Shown here piece after piece: positions 27,801-29,510 of a stretch of 29,510 nucleotides of DNA; within the stretch, counting starts at the first letter, position 1, and the number at the start of each line of letters is the position of its first letter. Origin of the DNA: Armatimonadota bacterium (GTDB lineage Bacteria; Armatimonadota; Armatimonadia; Armatimonadales; Armatimonadaceae); contig JAYUUO010000216.1 in assembly GCA_043754515.1 (NCBI GenBank), positions 1 through 29,510 on the forward strand. Direction: 5' to 3'. A program made the position numbers and the translations under genes. Below the pieces are notes generated by a model. The model had not been told where the DNA came from and made no database searches. It was given only the letters and a program-made list of their open reading frames with translations.

Positions 27801-28280
27801 CAGACGGAGCGGCTGGTCGTCCGGGTGCCCGACGCGGAACATCCACTGGTTGCCCCGAGCGGAGCGGACGCTACGGCGCACCTGGTTCGCGAGCGTCTGG
27901 AACGCGATCCGGTGGTACGCGGCGGCAAGCGCGGATGCGAGCGAATCACTCGCGCCGTCCCGCTCCTGCGCCCGTAGGAACGTCTGCGTCGCCTCCTCGA
28001 ACCGGCGTTCCAGCAGATGCGTATAGCCGTCGAACGGGATGTGGCCGGTCAGCGGCAGGTCGGGGCGGGTCGGCAGATGGAATCGGTAGATGGCGTACAG
28101 GAAGAAGCAGGCGCGCACCCGCTCGTAAAGGTTGGTACGGTCGTGGCGGAACGCTTCCAGGGAGCGGGCGGCGTCGAGCAGTTCGGCGGTGGTCGCGGCG
28201 CGGCAGAACGAGTCGAGTGCCTGATCGCGCACGGCGGGGTCGTCGCTGGTGATGATCGTTTCGAGCGGGGTCGTTTCCAC
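24882..28280 (-). CDS. Fusion of a fucokinase-like GHMP sugar kinase and a UDP-sugar pyrophosphorylase (UDPGP-type) domain
   Basis: Kinase motifs PVRMDLTHSGWSD, IPKGSRLAVST, GSGGGWQD and LGGMSGGG. Pyrophosphorylase motifs TLAAGAGSRW...VVK, HPVGHW and HNIDTLGA. Confidence 0.8.
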   Translation of the reverse strand: METTPLETIITSDDPAVRDQALDSFCRAATTAELLDAARSLEAFRHDRTNLYERVRACFFLYAIYRFHLPTRPDLPLTGHIPFDGYTHLLERRFEEATQTFLRAQERDGASDSLASALAAAYHRIAFQTLANQVRRSVRSARGNQWMFRVGHPDDQPLRLRPELLARADGTGAFPVLREQTPVRMDLTHSGWSDIFFLGMDYPEGARVLNISVDLAVRPATADSETPGAGTNAATPRPPVEAYLRVIEEPVIRLSSVDLGVTADISTLAELFDFARDYLGLLKAALIASGIVPPGMEGSEQELSHLLARVAGPGRGLELVSSVNGIPKGSRLAVSTNLLAALTAACMRATGQTKSLEGPLEESERRVVASRAILGEWIAGSGGGWQDSGGVWPGIKLIEGQPAREGDPEWNVSRGRLLPGHTILGTEAVVGVDAPHHHFVPDAARRALQDSLVLVHGGMAQNVGPILEMVTEKYLLRSEPEWAARGEAQQVLNRILAHLQAGDIAALGTETTGNFFGPIQTIIPWASNLYTETLIREARARFGTDFWGFWMLGGMSGGGMGFVFAPGRKREAQDALQAIMSAAKRHLENALPFAMEPVVYEFAINERGTVGELLPGETAPLPATYYAQTVPALLRRDPRDLTAAQNAELAAVRAAASARDDLRGMAQTLFERLLPSGKRGGDKEADLATLLRDNGFDPVQQEQIRADLRHGRIGLAQNRLPVSSDIRDVLPGDVVDATNGLPDAALNIGRDAIRAGKVAVVTLAAGAGSRWTQGAGVVKALHPFARLGGKHRTFIETHLAKSRKVGADAGTTIPHVFTTSYLTHEPISRYLAFENDYQYPGTLALSPGQSIGLRTVPMARDLRFAWEEMPQQILDAQQQKARASGRAALLNWAVQSGEGSDYTQNTPSQCLHPVGHWFEVPNLLKNGTLLNLLSERPALEYLMIHNIDTLGANVDAALLGQHIEGGGDMTVEVIPRRLEDRGGGLARVDGRLRLVEGLAMPREEDEFALTYYNSLTTWIGINALLRVFGLTRETLSDPDAVREGIRAVAARMPTYITIKDVKRRWGHGQEDTFPVAQWERLWGDMTTLTDFDARFVAVPRRRGQQLKDQAQLDGWLRDGSAAYIETLCAWSG

Positions 28281-28281
28281 G

Positions 28282-29145
28282 TCAAGCCCCGCCGTTCCGT
28301 TGCGCGAGCAGGTCGCATAGTCCGGTCAGCACTTCGTCCCGGTCGTCCCCCGACAGCGCGAGAGCGAGTTGCGCCATTAGCAGGCCGTACTTCATGTCGA
28401 GCGGGAACCGACGCCCGCGCACCCCCACCGCCAGATACTGCTCGCGCCGCGCCAGTTCGTCAAGCACGGGCGACAGAGCAACATTCCCTCCGCCCTGAGA
28501 CCGGGCCGCGGCGACCCGCTCATCGAGCAGTTCCATCACGAGCGGCGTCAGCACGTGAACGCCCATGAAGCAGAGGTAATGCCCGGCGCGCAAGCCGGGC
28601 ACGATCAGCGTCTGCTCCGCCTCGGTGGGAGTCGGCTTCTCGATCACGCGCTCGATCAGGTAGCGATCCTGGGTGCCCTTGACCCGCTGTCCGCCGACGG
28701 TGCCGAAGTACGGGAGTAGCGTTTCGCGGGTCGGCTGAATCCCGGACACGGCGCATCCCGCGTCCCGAGCGATGCCCGCGATCTGCCGCGCCACCGGCTC
28801 GGCGGGGTCGGTGCCGAGGAAAAGATGGTCGCCGACGAAGTGCAGGAACGCCTCGCCGCCGACGAAATCGCGTGCGCTCCAGACAGCGTGCCCATAGCCG
28901 CGCGGCGAATGTTGCGCGACGAAGTGGACGCTACTCCGGTACGCGGCGTCCACGACGTCGCGGTAGGCGGCCTCGTCACCGGGGTACACGACGACGCAAA
29001 TATCGGTCGCGCCGGCACCGACGGCTTCGGCGACCAGCACGGACAGCACGGATTTGCGGACGCCGTCGCGGTCAACGATGCTTTGGAGGGGGAGGGTGCG
29101 CTGGGCGGGCGCGGCGGCGGTGATAACGGCGCGGGTCAGTTTCAT
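28282..29145 (-). CDS. GalU/GalF-like sugar-phosphate nucleotidyltransferase
   Basis: MKLTRAVITAA, QHSPRGYGHAV, FLHFVGDH and VIEKP. Start ATG 29145. Ends 1 nt before the fusion gene, so probably the same operon. Confidence 0.85.
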   Translation of the reverse strand: MKLTRAVITAAAPAQRTLPLQSIVDRDGVRKSVLSVLVAEAVGAGATDICVVVYPGDEAAYRDVVDAAYRSSVHFVAQHSPRGYGHAVWSARDFVGGEAFLHFVGDHLFLGTDPAEPVARQIAGIARDAGCAVSGIQPTRETLLPYFGTVGGQRVKGTQDRYLIERVIEKPTPTEAEQTLIVPGLRAGHYLCFMGVHVLTPLVMELLDERVAAARSQGGGNVALSPVLDELARREQYLAVGVRGRRFPLDMKYGLLMAQLALALSGDDRDEVLTGLCDLLAQRNGGA

Positions 29146-29412
29146 GGTTTTAGGGCGGGTTTCGTGCTGGGACGCCACGCGGGTTGCCGTTTCGCCTGGA
29201 GAAAGCGTCAGGTTGTGGGCGTTCGGTGTTCCATTGTGTGCTTGCGGTTCAGGCAATGGGTTCGGGTTGTGGGCGTGGGGCCATTATACACGGGTTGGGG
29301 GAGCGGACGGCGAGCCGTTCCGGTGGGCGCGCTCTTTCGGACTCCCGCCGCCCCGCCGTCTGGAACCGACCGGCTGGAACCGGTGGAGGGACGTCCGTCT
29401 CTTCGGACTCCC

Positions 29413-29454
29413 ACCCCCCTAACCCCCCTCCCTCAATCCTTGAGAGAGGGGGGA
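29413..29454. repeat. REP-like C-rich/G-rich hairpin
   Basis: ACCCCCCTAA-CCCCCCTCCCTCAA-tcc-TTGAGAGAGGGGGG, a 14-bp stem with one mismatch. Confidence 0.5.
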
Positions 29455-29510
29455 ACCTCGCTTGTTTATAGAGGGAGGCGGTACAACTTGTCGCGCCCCT
29501 TAACCCGTCA

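Overview
High-GC bacterial chromosome segment, most likely Armatimonadota. This is an inference from the ClpC N-terminus, the VPE[P/A/S]xT PEP-CTERM tails and the REC-PAS-RsbW-like protein; no database check was possible. Left to right: a partial MoxR AAA+/DUF4350/DUF4129/membrane-protein operon; grpE and hrcA; a 3.8-kb lower-GC passenger (a PEP-CTERM protein and a large secreted beta-propeller protein); clpC; a decayed Rpn/YhgA-like gene; four PEP-CTERM genes plus a lipoprotein; a multi-PAS/GAF histidine kinase; a REC-PAS-anti-sigma-kinase protein; an AAA_14/DUF4143 ATPase; and a nucleotidyltransferase with a GHMP-kinase/UDP-sugar-pyrophosphorylase fusion. Four non-coding signals stand out. 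(1) Two same-orientation ISAs1-like MITEs (5713-5814, 9355-9525) bracket the passenger. A degenerate 10-bp target duplication flanks the whole unit rather than either MITE, which suggests a transposase-less composite transposon inserted between divergent hrcA and clpC. (2) One 33-bp Pho-box-like promoter architecture sits in front of two separate surface-protein gene pairs. (3) An 8-bp tandem duplication shifts the beta-propeller gene out of frame with its RBS-backed ATG. (4) A 22-bp-period palindrome array lies upstream of the AAA_14/DUF4143 gene.
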